Positions 38,343 through 51,400 of a stretch of 64,000 nt of DNA are shown here, one piece after another. How positions within the stretch are numbered: position 1 is the stretch's first letter; every line of letters starts with the position of its first letter. A program made the translations under genes and the position numbers. This stretch comes from Trichodelitschia bisporula (Eukaryota): positions 915,793 through 979,792 of the forward strand of contig ML996697.1 in assembly GCA_010356995.1 (NCBI GenBank), in the 5' to 3' direction. The notes beneath the pieces were generated by a model, which worked only from the letters and a program-made list of their open reading frames with translations, was not told where the DNA came from and searched no databases.

Positions 38343-41300
38343 CTAACGAGCGCGGCGCCTCTTCGCCCGTGCCTTCTTCTTAGCAGCCGCCTCAGCAGCA
38401 GCCGCCACCTCCGCAGCATTATCCTCCTCTGCCGTCTGTGTCAGCTCATCCGGACTCTGCTCCACAAGCCCATTCAGCGCTTCGTCATCCAGCTCGCTAA
38501 GGTCTTCACTCATGTCGCGCGGCGTCTCCACGCGCTCGTCGTACACCGTCGTGCCGTCAGGATCGAACGCGCTGAGATACCACGGCACACCGCCCCGCGA
38601 CCGCGATGCGAGTAGTTGCTCCGTCGTGAGGGGCGTTGCGGGGCCGACGCGCGGAGATGGGTCTGTGCTGGCTGAGATGGAGAGCGTGGGCACGGCGGGT
38701 GTGTTGCGCTGACTACGGAATGAAGTTGTGGTGATGGAAATACCTGGGATTGGGGTCGAATGGTTGAGTGCACCGTTGGGCGTGCCGTTGACTTCGCCGT
38801 TGATTGTACCATTGACCTTGAGTGTGTCGTTGAGAGACTCAACAGCAGTTTCGGCGTCAGCCATGACAATGTCAGCATCATTGGCCGTGTTGTTCGCAGT
38901 ATCGTCGGCAGTACCATTAGCCGTGCCGTTAGTCGTGCCGTTCGTCATGCCGTTCGTCGTCCCATTTGTGGAATCCTCGTGGGTAGGCTCATGCAGTTGG
39001 TCGTTCGGATCGAGCAAGTCGACCATTTCAACGTCATCAGCAGGCTGCTCGGTTTCAACGGCGGCCTGAACTTCACCGCCCTGCTCCTCCGCGTTGACAC
39101 GCTCGGTGCCTTCAGCAGGCTCCTCGCCCGCTCCGACAGGATTCGCTTGCCCAGACTCCTCCCCGTTGTCAGGCCCGTCACCGTTGACATGTTCCACGTC
39201 CCCATTGGTTGGTGCGTCCGCATCGGGCAACACGGACTCTTGTTGGTCCCCTTCGGGCTCTAGGCTCACGCTCTTGCGCTTCCTGTTGACCTTCTTTGCG
39301 CTCTTGATCTTGTCTTCCTTGATGTGCGTTTCGCCCTTGCTCACGCGGCTCGTGCCATCATCCGCGTACTCGAGACGCTCGCCGGGAAGCAAGACGCTCT
39401 TGTCCAAGATGGCCTTGAAGATACGCTCGGTGTCGTTTATCGAGTCCGTGTTGTTGGGACAAAGCTCGGCCTCGTTGCGCGCCGCTTCCATGAGCATGGG
39501 CATAACGTACTTAGCGATACGCTGAGCTCGCCCGCGAACGTGCTTCTGAAACTCCGGGGGCTCGGTACGCAGCTGCGCAAGCCGCGTTGTGAAGGCGTGG
39601 GCCAGGTCCTCGACGAGGCTCAGTACAGTCTCGTACTGGCGGAGAATGAGCTTCTCTTTTAGCTCGTTTAGCTGGTCTTTGAAGTAGGACCGATTATTCG
39701 TATCGATCCTAGGAATGTCAGTAGGGGGATCCTGCTCGTGATCAACCTCAACATACGAAAGCGCCTTGTCCACGACAGGCCAGAGCAACGGAATGATAGG
39801 AAAGTAAATAGTGTCCACGAGCGAGCTCATAAGCTGCATGTCCTGGTACTTCAAGTCCTCGCGCTGCTGTATCTGATCGCAGATCTCCAGGACCTTGTGA
39901 ATATCCTGGGACAGCATCTCTGCGAACTCGATGCGGCGCTGCAGAGGGGGACCTCCAGCAGCACCTTCGGCGGCAAAGTCGCGCACCGGTAGCTGCACCG
40001 TCTTAGACGGCTCCGCCTGCACGTCCAGGCCGCGAAGTAGCGGCGCATTGCGGCGAGCCTCGCGTTTGAGCGTCCAGTAGGCGCACACCTTGGCCAGATA
40101 CTCCGGGCGCTTGCGGACCATGAAGCGCGTCAACGTGTTGAGCACGCGATCGAAGATGTAGGCGGGGATAATAGGCGCACCAAACGGCAGACGCCACTCA
40201 TTGTCGTGTTGTGAATTTTGAGCCGCCTGGCGCTTGCGCTTGCTGTTAGGTGATACTTCCACTTCTGCCTCGGGCATCGCCACTATGGCCGCGACGTTCT
40301 GCTGGCGGGCACCCCACTTGCGACCTTTGAAGAAGCGCTTGAAATAGGCCTTGGCCTCAACAATGCCCTTTTCCACGTTATGCTCCTTGCGCCAGTCAGC
40401 TGGCGTGTGCTTATCGCAATAGCACTTGTACACGCTCGTGTCGGTAATCGAGTTCGCATCGTTTTTCATCCGCAGGCAGAGCTGGGCGCGGCGGGCACAC
40501 GTCACGTGGAAGGCTGAGTAGCAGTTGATGTTGTGGCACTGCACGCACGCCCCGGTCTTCTGCTGGCAGATGTAGCACACCAGCTTGTAGCGCGCCTTGG
40601 GAACTTTTTCGACGTCCTGAACGGGTTCCATAAAGGTCATGTTGCCAACCGAGAGCTCGGAGATCCAGAGCGCGCAGAGCAGATGCGACCAGACCTCGGG
40701 ATCATTGGACGGCTTGAAGGCGCCCTCGCTGCTGGGGCAGAACTCACACATCTGAAGAGGGGTTAGTACGGGGGATGTGAGCGATGAATGACACTAACCG
40801 TCGGCATGTGAGGGCGCATCTGGCACTTGCGGCAATGCCACTGGCCTTCGGGGATAAAAGGCACGCCGTAGCACTCCTGGTGGACTGCTAGATCGCACCC
40901 GTCACAGAAGACAATAGCGTTTGTATTTTCACAATCTCCATCGTCGCAGACAGCGCACTTGGTATCGAGCTCCTCGCCAGGTGGCTCACCGTTGACGGCA
41001 GCGGAGGAACCCGCGCGAGGGCGTGTATGCGGCCCCTTGTATGGAGGCTTAGGGATACCTGAGTAGTCAGCGCTCTGTTACTTGCACACAGTGTGTGTAT
41101 ACTCCTTACGCTTGTTCAGTGCGTGCCACTCTCGCTCAATTTGCGTCATGGTGATCTCAAAAATGGCAGGGCGGATACTGTCCAAACCCTCTTTGGAGCG
41201 ATTCTCATTGAGCTTCTGCAGCCAGATGGAATCTTGCTCGTCCATGTCGTACTCGGAGCGTATGGTCTGTTGACCGGTTTTCGGCACATCGTAAACATCA

Positions 41301-42169
41301 TAATCTGGATCAATTCCCAAAGGATCGCTCGGAGCGATGATGTAGCCTTCAGGTCGGATGAAGATGTCGTTCTCGAGGTATCCACAGCGCGCGAGCTGCT
41401 TGTCGACGAAGTTGATACCGACCGTCGGATCGTCTTCAAACTTTTTCCAAGGGTCAACTTTCCGGAAGCTGGGCTTTGGCAGACTAAGTCGCTCCTTGGG
41501 ATTGTTGACCGGAAGTGGAAGAATCTTGCGCGGCGGTGACATGATACCGGTAAGCATGTGGGAACGCGGGCGTCCCACACGACGCTTGAGGGTGCCGGGT
41601 GTGTTCATAACAACAGTGTCATCATTTGGAGGGCTGTTAATGGGAGGAGGCACTTTGGAGGGCGTTCCGTCGCGGCTGTCACCTATGGCAGGGTCTTGCG
41701 CGTCAACCTGGTCGGCGCTGAAGGTCGCGAGCGAGATGTTTGTGTCGAGGTCCGGGTGGAATTCCTCCCACCCGCGCTCCTCACGTGGCTTGTATCCTTC
41801 GTAGTTCGTCATTGCCACTGCTGCGGCAGCAGAAGTGTATCGTGGCCGGGGTGGAGGTGGTTCGCGACGCAGGCGAGAGTAGGTTGCGGTGGGGGAGCGT
41901 GAGTAGCTGGGGGAGCGGGCCTGCTCCTCGTTGCGCCTCTTGGGGCGTGTACGCGAACTCGTCGCTGAAGGTCTTGGCGTGGAGTTCTGCTGAGGGGATA
42001 TCTCGTTGCCGTTGTCATCGATGTATCGACCGCCGCCTCCTACGCCGCCAGGCACGTACCTGACCTTCTTGCGCGGTGGCTCCGAGCTGTCTGCCGTGCT
42101 TGCCCTGGCGCGTGGACGACCAGGCCGGCGTTGCGCACTTCGATTCGGCGTGGTGAGTGCTGGGGCCAT
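38343..42169 (-). CDS. NTO1: NuA3 histone acetyltransferase scaffold (Nto1/BRPF/peregrin family): EPL-like + PHD + PZP zinc fingers; introns 41059-41109, 40752-40798 and probably 39709-39756
   Basis: [90 protein letters not shown]; second finger [57 protein letters not shown]. Confidence 0.93.
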
Positions 42170-42831
42170 CTGAGGATGATCTGGAGTGGGATTGTGGGGT
42201 GTTGGTTGGTGTCGAGGACCAGATGGGATGTGACTAGGAGGTTGTAGGTTGAGGTCGGGGAGGATCTAGAAGACGCGGGTAGATCGCGGTCGCGGACGCG
42301 ATTTGGACGGGGCAAATGAGTCGCACATCTGCGGAGAAAAGGACAACTGGTGGTTGAGAGAGTCTCGTTGATGGGAAGAGAGGACAGATGGTACGCGTTT
42401 CGTCTCTTGTTCTGTCGGTTCCGTCTCGTCGTAGCCCCCCAGATCTTGGACGTCGTTCGTCCGGGGGGGGGAGTTGGTCTTGGCGCGCTGTTGGGGCGAT
42501 TTGATTATGTAAGGGGGTCACATGGCAGGGATGCGAGCCGGGGGGTATTCGAGATGCATTGCGCAATTGGGGTAGTTGGTGATGCACCTACGGTGTACTT
42601 CACACTCACGCGAAATATTTACGTTACTCACGCTGTTGACATTGTTGACGCCGTTGACGCTGCATTTTCTGTTGCTCGGTGCTCCTCCTTGACCTCTCTT
42701 CTGTGTCGCATCTCCGATTACTCATCCTGATCCCCCATCTGTTGTAGCTCTCGTCGCCCATCGCGACATCGTGTTTACCCCTCCCGCCCCTCTCCGCCAT
42801 GTAGCGAACCTCGCGCCAACCAATACTACGA

Positions 42832-42877
42832 ACAGCCTCAACAGCTACAACAGCTACAACAGCTACAACAGCTACAA
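42832..42877 (+). repeat. 9-bp tandem repeat (ACAGCTACA)x4 in the 5' leader, ending at the start codon of the PQ-loop gene
   Basis: acagcctca acagctaca acagctaca acagctaca acagctaca ATG. Confidence 0.85.
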
Positions 42878-43874
42878 TGCCCTCTGCGCTCGAGATCATC
42901 TCCAGTGTGCTGGGTTGGACCTAGTACGCAAGCTGCCATTCCGCCCCTCCTAAGCTCCTAACTAACCCACCAGCTTCCTCTGCTGGTCCGTCTCCTTCTA
43001 CCCACAGCCACTCCTCAACTTTCGCCGGCGCTCGACCCACGGCCTCGCTATCGACTTCCCCACACTCAACGTGCTCGGCTTCGGTGCCTACAGCATCACA
43101 ACCCTCGCATTCTTCTACTCCCCCACAATCCGCTCGCAGTATGCATTCAGACACCCGGCGTCGCCGGAACCAACGGTGCGCTTCAACGACGTTGCCTTTG
43201 CGCTGCACGCCTTCGTGCTCTGTGTCATCACGTATAGCCAGTTCTTCCGCTGGATATGGGGATTTGCCGTCGGCGCAAGGCAGCGCGCTACGTTACCCAC
43301 ACTGCTGATTCTCTGGGGAAGCTTGGGCGCGATGGTGGGTGTGGTGACGGTTGTGGGTTTTGCGCCTGGCGCTGGCAACGATCCCAGGACGTGGGCGTGG
43401 CTCGACGTGGTCAGTTATGGGTAATGCGCACTGTTGATACGCAAAGCTAACGGCTGGTTGCAGATCTACGCCCTTGGGTACGTCAAGCTAGCGTGTACAG
43501 TGGTCAAGTACTGTCCACAGGCATACTTCAACTACAAGCGGAAGTCTACAGTCGGATGGAGCATTGGGCAGATCTTGCTCGACTTTAGCGGCGGCATCTT
43601 GTCGCTGCTGCAGCTGGTGATTGATTCGTCGATGCAGGGCGACTGGTCAGGGATTGCGGGCAATCCGGTCAAGCTTGGGCTGAGCAACATCAGCGTCGTG
43701 TTTGATGTCATCTTTATCACGCAGCACTACATGTAAGTTGGTCGATCGACCTGACGGGCACCACTGACGATTTGTAGATTGTACCACGGCGCGACCAACG
43801 AGGACGAGGAAGATAAGGGCTGGGTGGGCGAGAGAAGTCCGCTGGTAGGTGATCGGGGGGATGCGGAGATATAA
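42877..43874 (+). CDS. ERS1: Cystinosin/ERS1-like PQ-loop vacuolar cystine transporter; introns 42924-42973, 43410-43463, 43733-43777
   Basis: [92 protein letters not shown]-terminal ERSPLV resembles an acidic dileucine sorting motif. Confidence 0.92.
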
Positions 43875-45363
43875 TAGCCCTCATCACTGTCATTTCGAGC
43901 CACATCTAAGGCGCAAGGCATCTGGTAGGCATCCGAGATAGCATCACAGATGCATAAATAGCCCACTACCAAATAATTATGCAAACAAGCACAACGGTCG
44001 CCAGTCGCGGCAACAGTGACGGCAAATTAGCCCCTTATCGGCAGCCACGCGACGTGCCGCAACGGAAGACGGGACATTTTGCGCGCCAATGGATGCGAGG
44101 CGGGAGTCGGATGGGTTCGCTGGGATAGCACGGACAGATACGATGTTCCTGCATAAGTGCATTGGCTATCAAGTCTTGGAGAGGGGAAGAGAGAAGCGGA
44201 CTGGAGGAGAGAAAGAGAAGCGACTGGGGATGCGGAAGGCGGAGCCGTTTAGCATTGCGCTATTCTCCGCCCGTTCCCCTGAGCTGGGTGTGGAGCCTTG
44301 CATGTGGGGGTTATGGAGCTCGAACTACTGCATGTTACCAGTATCTTCAGCTCGACCGGCTGGACTTCATATGACCAGCTGCATCAATTGAACTCCCTAT
44401 CCTCAGTCTAGTCTAGATCTCGCAGTCAGAGCAGAGCAGCTGAAGAAGCAGTGCAATTCGCGGCTGCAGACCAATAACCAGCATCAGCCGCGTTTGCCTT
44501 CCCCGTACGGATGTACTTATCGACCTGCCTGTTCGATGCTGCATCACCACCACTCCCACCATCACCTCTCACAGTCCCGATGCCAGGTTTCCTGGATCCC
44601 GACATCTGCATAGTAGTCCGTGCTGTGCTGCTGCTAGATTGCTTGTTTGCATTGCTTCCGCGTCCCTCTCCCGACATTGCTTCATGTCGACTCGACGCTC
44701 TGCTTCCGCTGTCAGCGCATGCAGAGCGCATGCGACTATCTCCCGCGTCAAGCCCAAAGCCATCGCCTACCGTACCAGCAGAAGAAGAAGAAAAGGCGTT
44801 TCAAGTCTCAATGTGCCGCGTGCAAAGCCCACAAGGCGCAAACGCAGAGGCCCATTGAGTGGCGTCAGCACCTCAATCACCCCCCTAGTTGGACCCAAAG
44901 ATTAAAATGGCCCGGCTTGGGATTTGGCTTTTCGGAATGCTTTCAGATGGAAGAGGGGGGGGACTGAAGCATAGCGACATCAACTTCACTTCCTCACTTC
45001 CTCTCGCCATCTCCTCCTCTCCCGCAATATCTCGAGATCAGCGCGCTGTGCGTTTGTTTGTTTGTTTACCGAACCCGCTTGCGCTTCACCAACCATCGCA
45101 AGCTCTCCCAAACTCCCTCGCTATCTCGTCTCCCAAACTCCCTCCCTATCTCGTCCCCCACTGGCCACTCCACCGTCCACCCAGGCAAGGGGACCCCGGA
45201 GTCACCCCCATCCGCACTCTCAGCAGTCCACTCTCCGCGCGGGGTCGTGACCTGCGATGGCGTACACCTTGGTACATCCCCCATCTACCCTCTCCCCGCC
45301 ACCACTCTCTGTCAATCTTCCACACATCCATTGTACACCACGCCCTCCGCCCCTCCACCAGCC

Positions 45364-47695
45364 ATGTCCCTCCGCCGCGTCTGGTACAAACTCTTCTCTA
45401 ACGAACACACCCAGTTCCCCCCCTCCGACGCCCCGCCCTCCGTCCCACGCACCCGCTCCCTCTCGCGCCAGCGCTCCAAATCCCCCGCCCTCACCAGCAT
45501 CCTCGAGGCCACGCCTCCCCGCCCACAGGCGCCAGTCGAGCACAACCCCTCCTCCGCCTACCCCGCCGAAGCCGATAACGAAGATGCCTCCTCTGAGCCC
45601 CTCATAACCGACCTTGCAACCCGCAGCATCCCTCCCGAATACGCGCCTCTCAAATCCGCAACCCCAGAGCCAGGCACGCGGCGCGAGGCGAGTCGGCGCG
45701 CGGGGAAGCGCCCGGCAAGTTTTGCGTGTGATGGCGATTCTGTGTCCATGTATGGCAGTCTAGGGCTGGGGCAGAGGGAGATCCACATTCCGACGCGGAC
45801 GAGGTGAGTGACGGTTGTCGGGCACACGCTCGGCCTCGGGTGCGCAGTAGATACTGATACCCCTCAGCAGCAGCCGCGTCGTAAGCAACGGCACGGGCAC
45901 GAGCCGCAGGCGCAAGCGGCAAGGACGTGAGTTCTCCGCCTCCTCGTCCGCCCCCACGACCCCGGACCTGCGCTTAGGCAGCTCAGACGACAGCGTTCGC
46001 TCCTACTCCACCCACACATCGAGCGTCACGCGCAGCCCCCCCCTTCTCTCGAAACCGAGTATAGATGCGGATCGCCTGGCGCCGGTCACCGAAGACGACC
46101 CCCGGAGCTTCGATCTCGTGCAACCGGCGAGCGCCCCGGTGGGCGGCGGATTTGAGCTGGAGAAGAGGGTGGAGGAGATGTTCAGCGCGCAGCATCTGAG
46201 GGAGGTATTTGCTGACCCGGGGTTGTTACTGCGGTTTACGCATTTCTTGTCTAGTGGGAGGCCGGGGCGCATTCCGCTGCTGATATATTACCTCGATGCG
46301 CTCAAGGCGCTCCGGGCACTGGCGTACGCGAATGCGGTGAGCGAGGCGCTGGAACCCATTCCGGGACATGCGTTCACGGACAACCCACCGGGCCCGACGG
46401 TGAATGGCGTGTTGGAGGAGCGCGCGGAGCAGGCGTTCGATGCTCTGGTGCGCGATGATTTACCGGCCTTCGTGGGCCATGTGTTCACGCAGATCGCGGC
46501 GGATGCGATACACAAGCGCATCACGGGCGCGGAGCCGCTGGAGCTCGCGGATGCGGAGGGATTGGCGGAGGTGTTCTGCCTCACGGACCCGAGTCGGGCG
46601 GATAACCCCATCGTCTATGCCTCCGAAGGTACCTTTCCCCTCCCCCCCCAAATGCCCATTCCCCCTAACCCGAAGCCAGAATTCCACAAAACAACCCAAT
46701 ACGGCGTCACCTACTCCCTCGGCCGCAACCCCCGCTTCCTCCAAGGCCCCCGCACAACACCCTCCTCCATAACCACCCTTCAAGCAGCCCTCGCTCAACC
46801 AACAGAGTCCACGCACCTCCTCCTCAACTACCGCCGCGACGGCTCGCCCTTCCTGAATCTCCTCCTCCTCGCGCCGCTCACCGACTCGCGCGGCCAGCTT
46901 AGGTACTGGCTAGGCGCACACGTCGACGCTACGCCCCTCGCACGGTCCTGCGCGGGGCTAGATGGGCTGCAGCGCTTACTTTCCCGCGGCGGCGAAGGCG
47001 GTGAAGCAGGCGCGCAGAACGAGTTGCAGGACCTATGCGAAATGTTCAACCTCGACGAGCTCGCCACCATATCCCGGCGCGGCGGCGCCATGCACCGGGA
47101 CCTGCTCTCCCCCACACCCAACTTACACACCAAACGCAGTTTCAGCGGCGCGCCGCCGCCCGCGCATTTCTCCCCCGGTGTCGGGGTGCGGAGTTTGTTT
47201 CCGAAATACCTGATCCTGAGGCCGCATCCGAGTCTGCGGATTTTGTTCGCGAGTCCCGCGTTAAGGACGCCAAGGCTGTTGCAGACCCCATTTTTGAGTA
47301 GGATTGGCGGGAGTCCGAGGGTTAGGGATGAGCTTACGGCTGCGCTTGCGGGGGGGCGAGGGGTTACGGCTAAGGTGCGCTGGTTGAGTGCGCGGGAGGG
47401 AGAAGGGGATGGGGAAGATGGGGAGGAGGGAAGGGTGAGGTGGATTCATTGTACGCCCCTGCTGGGACGGGAGGGGGTTGTGGGTGCTTGGGTTGTGCTT
47501 GTTGTTGATGAGGAGAGTGCGGGGGGGGAGGGAAGGAGGGTTAGTACGGGGTGGAAGCCGGCGCCGGTGGTGGAGGGGCGGAAGAAGGTTGCTGGACTTG
47601 GGGTTATTAGAGACAGGACGGATGAGGCGCCGTTTGAGAGGGGGATGTCGGTAGGGGGGGGGAGTGAGAGGGGGGAGGAATGGGGACTCGAGTGA
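45364..47695 (+). CDS. RGS-like - LOV(PAS) - C-terminal PAS-like/DUF protein (fungal RGS-LOV, BcLOV4-type architecture) with a non-canonical LOV active site; introns 45804-~45867 and 46629-46679
   Basis: SFDLVQP..LEKRVEEMFSAQHLREVFADP..IPLLIYYLDALKALRAL (RGS-like). LOV core EGLAEVFCLTDPSRADNPIVYASEEFHKTTQYG..GRNPRFLQGPRT..LLNYRRDGSPFLNLLLLAPLTDSRGQLRYWLGAHVD. C-domain YLILRPHPSLRILFASPALR..GVTAKVRW..RWIHCTPLLG..VGAWVVLVVD. Confidence 0.88.
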
Positions 47696-48300
47696 GGGAA
47701 TCTGAACTTTGGATGAACAATTTGGAGTTGTGGGTATGATGTCGGAAGGATTATGCGGCGATATAAGGCGATATAAGGTGTTTTGAGCGCGAGCTGGATG
47801 GCATGGGATGAAGATTGTCACTCTTGGTGCTTTGAGGGGGGTTTTGGCGCAGGCGCTTCTGGATATATGGGTATGACATATGGCTAGCGGATAGATTTCT
47901 GTTTTGCGAGAGAATGTATAGTGTGTAAGCTGTCTGCTCCGTTACGTTGTGGTGGCGATGTCCGTTGCATCTTGAAGTGCGGTTTAGGATCCACGATGGA
48001 TACTTGATTTCGGGGTGAAACTGTTAGCGCATATTCAAGTTATAAATCGACGACCGGCACATTTCGCTTCTAGATCATCAAAACATCCTCGTTTACCTCT
48101 TCTCACTCATTTAACTAAACCTTTTCCACACCAAATATCATCGCGAAAGCGGTGCAAAAAGAAAGAAGTTCAGATACTCGTGACCGCATCTTCAAATGCC
48201 TCCCGCAAACGCCACCGCATAATCCCATCGCAGCGCTGATACGATTTCACCTCCGACTCCGGGTCCCAAAAAAAATCCGTTCTCATAATCAGATGAAAAG

Positions 48301-48306
48301 AAAAAA
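48301..48306 (-). terminator. RNA polymerase III oligo-T terminator of the tRNA gene
   Basis: T6 tract a few bases downstream of the tRNA 3' end on the minus strand. Confidence 0.75.
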
Positions 48307-48312
48307 GAACAC

Positions 48313-48400
48313 TGGACGCGGAGGGAATTGAACCCCCGACCGTTCACAATATTGCATCAGGCAATGCAAAGCGAAAATCATACCCCTAGACCACGCGCCC
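48313..48400 (-). tRNA. tRNA-Ala(UGC) with a 16-nt intron (48349-48364)
   Basis: The reverse complement folds as a cloverleaf: acceptor GGGCGCG/CGCGTCC with G3:U70 (Ala identity), anticodon arm TTCGC-TT TGC A[intron]T-GTGAA, T-arm GGGGG-TTCAATT-CCCTC, discriminator A. Confidence 0.95.
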
Positions 48401-51400
48401 TTTCTGGTTCTTGATACGTTTAACATATGTGGAATATATAATTGCTTAAAGTGCAGGGATAAGGTGGCGACGAAGAGTGGGGTTGGCGGCCATAGGACAG
48501 GTCAGCCTTGTGATCTGCATTTTTCGGGGTCTGAATCGCGCCGACCGACAACTTGGACAAGATGAAGTGACTATGTTGGGAGTCGAAAGGCTGCTGGGCG
48601 ATGGAGACCAAATATCAAGGTGAGAGTGCTTTGGAAAAAAGTCGGATGGTGAACGCAACTTGAGCCAAACAGCATCCGGGCACCGGTCAACTCACGGAAC
48701 ACCTTCTTTCATTTCTCACACTGTATGCTTTCGACTACATAACCATCCATCATCGTCGTCTGAAGCTCCACTATCCCCACGCAAATCCCATCAAGAAATC
48801 GGAGCGCCTCGATGAGTCGAGGCTCACCATGCTTGACGATGTCGCCAGGTGAAAGGTGACTGCTCAGAACGTCGAAGGACACTACAGCCACTAAGCAGCG
48901 CAATTCGCCCACAGCTTACAACGTCAGCCTCGCTCACTCAAAAAGAATCACAACTTACCGTTCCCCAAATTGTATTAACCCACCCCCCAATCCCAGGACA
49001 GAAATTCCAGATCCGCATCATAGCATCATAGCACTCATCGTAATTAAACGCCATATGGCTTGGGTCACTGATATTCTCTGGTGCAATGCGATCGACGGTG
49101 ATCATTCCTGCCAGCATTAGCACCTTTTTCACAAGCGAGCACGTCACCGTGCTCCTTCCCATCATTACCCTTGGTCCTTCACAAAAGTAATCTTCTCCTT
49201 CTAATGTCAAGTATGCCGTTGCAATGCCTTATCCCCATCGTGTCCACATCAACTCCAAACCATAATATTACTCTTTTTTGCTACGCCCGCAAGCCACTTG
49301 CACCGGGGAGCAGGAGTGCTTGACTAATAAACGGCCGTCGTATTGCCGATTTCAACTGGGAGCCGTGTTATTCCATTGTGCAATCGGCAGTACCGAAAAG
49401 TAGCGCTAGGCACGAGATACAGGAGTTGCCGAGGCCGTGCCGGTTAGATTCACGATGTCGCGGCGAACAAACTTCCGCCGGCTGTCTGGGAAAGTCAACT
49501 TGTCACGGGTAGTACGCCCAGGCACTGGTAACCCGGAGATATGGACGGCGTAACGTCGCATGTCACCGTGAACTGTGGGCTTAGAAACCCCGGTCGAGGG
49601 CAGGTTGGAGGCGAGGATGACTCCCTAAATTCCAGAGGGATATGAGAACCATCAGTGTCGCCGGTCAAATGTACTCAGTACTGAAGTGCTTCTATTGGAG
49701 TCAATGGTAGAGCAGGCGGACTTGATGGGAGGCGAATGTGCTAAGGGACGGCCCACGGATGCGGTCGGGACCAAATGACATTTGTATGACCTGCGGACTG
49801 CCGACATTTGAGTGTGTAAAATCTAGACGGACGGAAGTGATAATGTCACTGTGACAAATGGAGGCTGGGCAAGAGGGCGCCGTAGACGTTGACCATGGTC
49901 ATGGTGATTTCTAGATGCTGGTCAGTCTAAAGACGGGTTGAGCAGCGGAATGTAATGCGAATTCATACAGCGCGCCCACCATCGGTAATGTTTCATTCCG
50001 AATGCCTTTGCCTGGTGGACCAATTCCAATCAAACTCGTACGCAAAGGCGTATCCGTCGGGGAAAGTGGTCTCGTGAGCTTCACGGTCGGAGATTGACTC
50101 TCCGTTACAAGCACCTGACGCGAGGAGCTTTGACACGGGAACTTGAATCATAGGCCATCGGCACGCACATATCGGGCAAGATAGTAGCAGCAGTTGCCCA
50201 TCGACGGCAGCGGATCCAAGTCGCCTCTGGCTGGCAGTGCCTGGAATGCTGAACCTCTGAAGGCGGATAGGAGCATAACGTGAGGATACGCTTGACATGG
50301 ACGCATTGTCGACTCCCACGTACGGGTGTAGAGCGTTCGCCGAGGAAGAGAAAAGAGGTCTATCATTCGGGACGCGTGATGCCGCAATCGTTGTCATCAA
50401 TCCTTGAGCAGCTGTCTTCATTAGCAATGTACCGAGGAGTATCATGAGTTATTTTGCGGATGTTTCTCTACAGAATTCAGCCCACCGAAGCCGATGTCGC
50501 TGCAGAAGACAACCGCTCCTTCTTTCTCTTCAATCGTCGGTGTCGTCATCGCCGCCGTTGCGCCCCATTGAATGTGGACCCCATTTCCCCACGTGATGTA
50601 ACGACATGTCGAGATCTTCGTCGTCGTCCTCGACTTCAGCTCTCCGCCCCATCTTCATCTCGGCCAGTCTATTTCGGTCACATCGGGATGGCCGAGTCTT
50701 CGAGCTGCTCTGCTGCCTTCGGCTCCCGACCCACTTCGCGACAACCGCTCGCCACTGGAGCAGAGACAGGAGCATCTCATCTCACCCTTCACACCCTCAC
50801 GACGCCGAACTCCCGTTCTCATTCTCATTCCCGCCTCATCCGCGATGCCGTCCCACTCGCGAAACCGCTATCACAGAACAGACTCTGACCCGAAACGCAT
50901 GGAAGCCGGACCGCAACCCCAGCGACCGCAAGCGCAAGGCTGAAGGAGCACCCACAAATACCCGTCCCGTCAAGACGAAACGCAGCGCGCGGGAGAGAAA
51001 ACTCGAAAATGGTCCCGTTTCGCTCCGCCCGCAGCAGTCTGGACCAGTTTCACGCCCGGCCGCCAATGACAGCCTCACCCTACCATGACTCCCCACCTTG
51101 CGCCCAATCACCGTTTCCGCCCCAAGCCCTCCCGGAGCGCGGACCACTCGCCCCGCGGCCCTACTGTTACCCCCCATGCCTAGGGCGAGGCCGAGGATCG
51201 GCGCTCGAGACGGGCAAACAGGTTGCTGGGCCCCCGCGCAACCAATGACGCGGCCGCGCGGCCTGATGAACGCAAAAACGTCCAAGGAACGGACCGGCCG
51301 GGACGCTCATCTTGCGGTCGACGAGTGAGGTGCGCGAGCCCGGCGACGGAGGCACGAGCTAGGCCGATGTCCAAGGTGGGGCGCGGGCGACGCCTGACGG

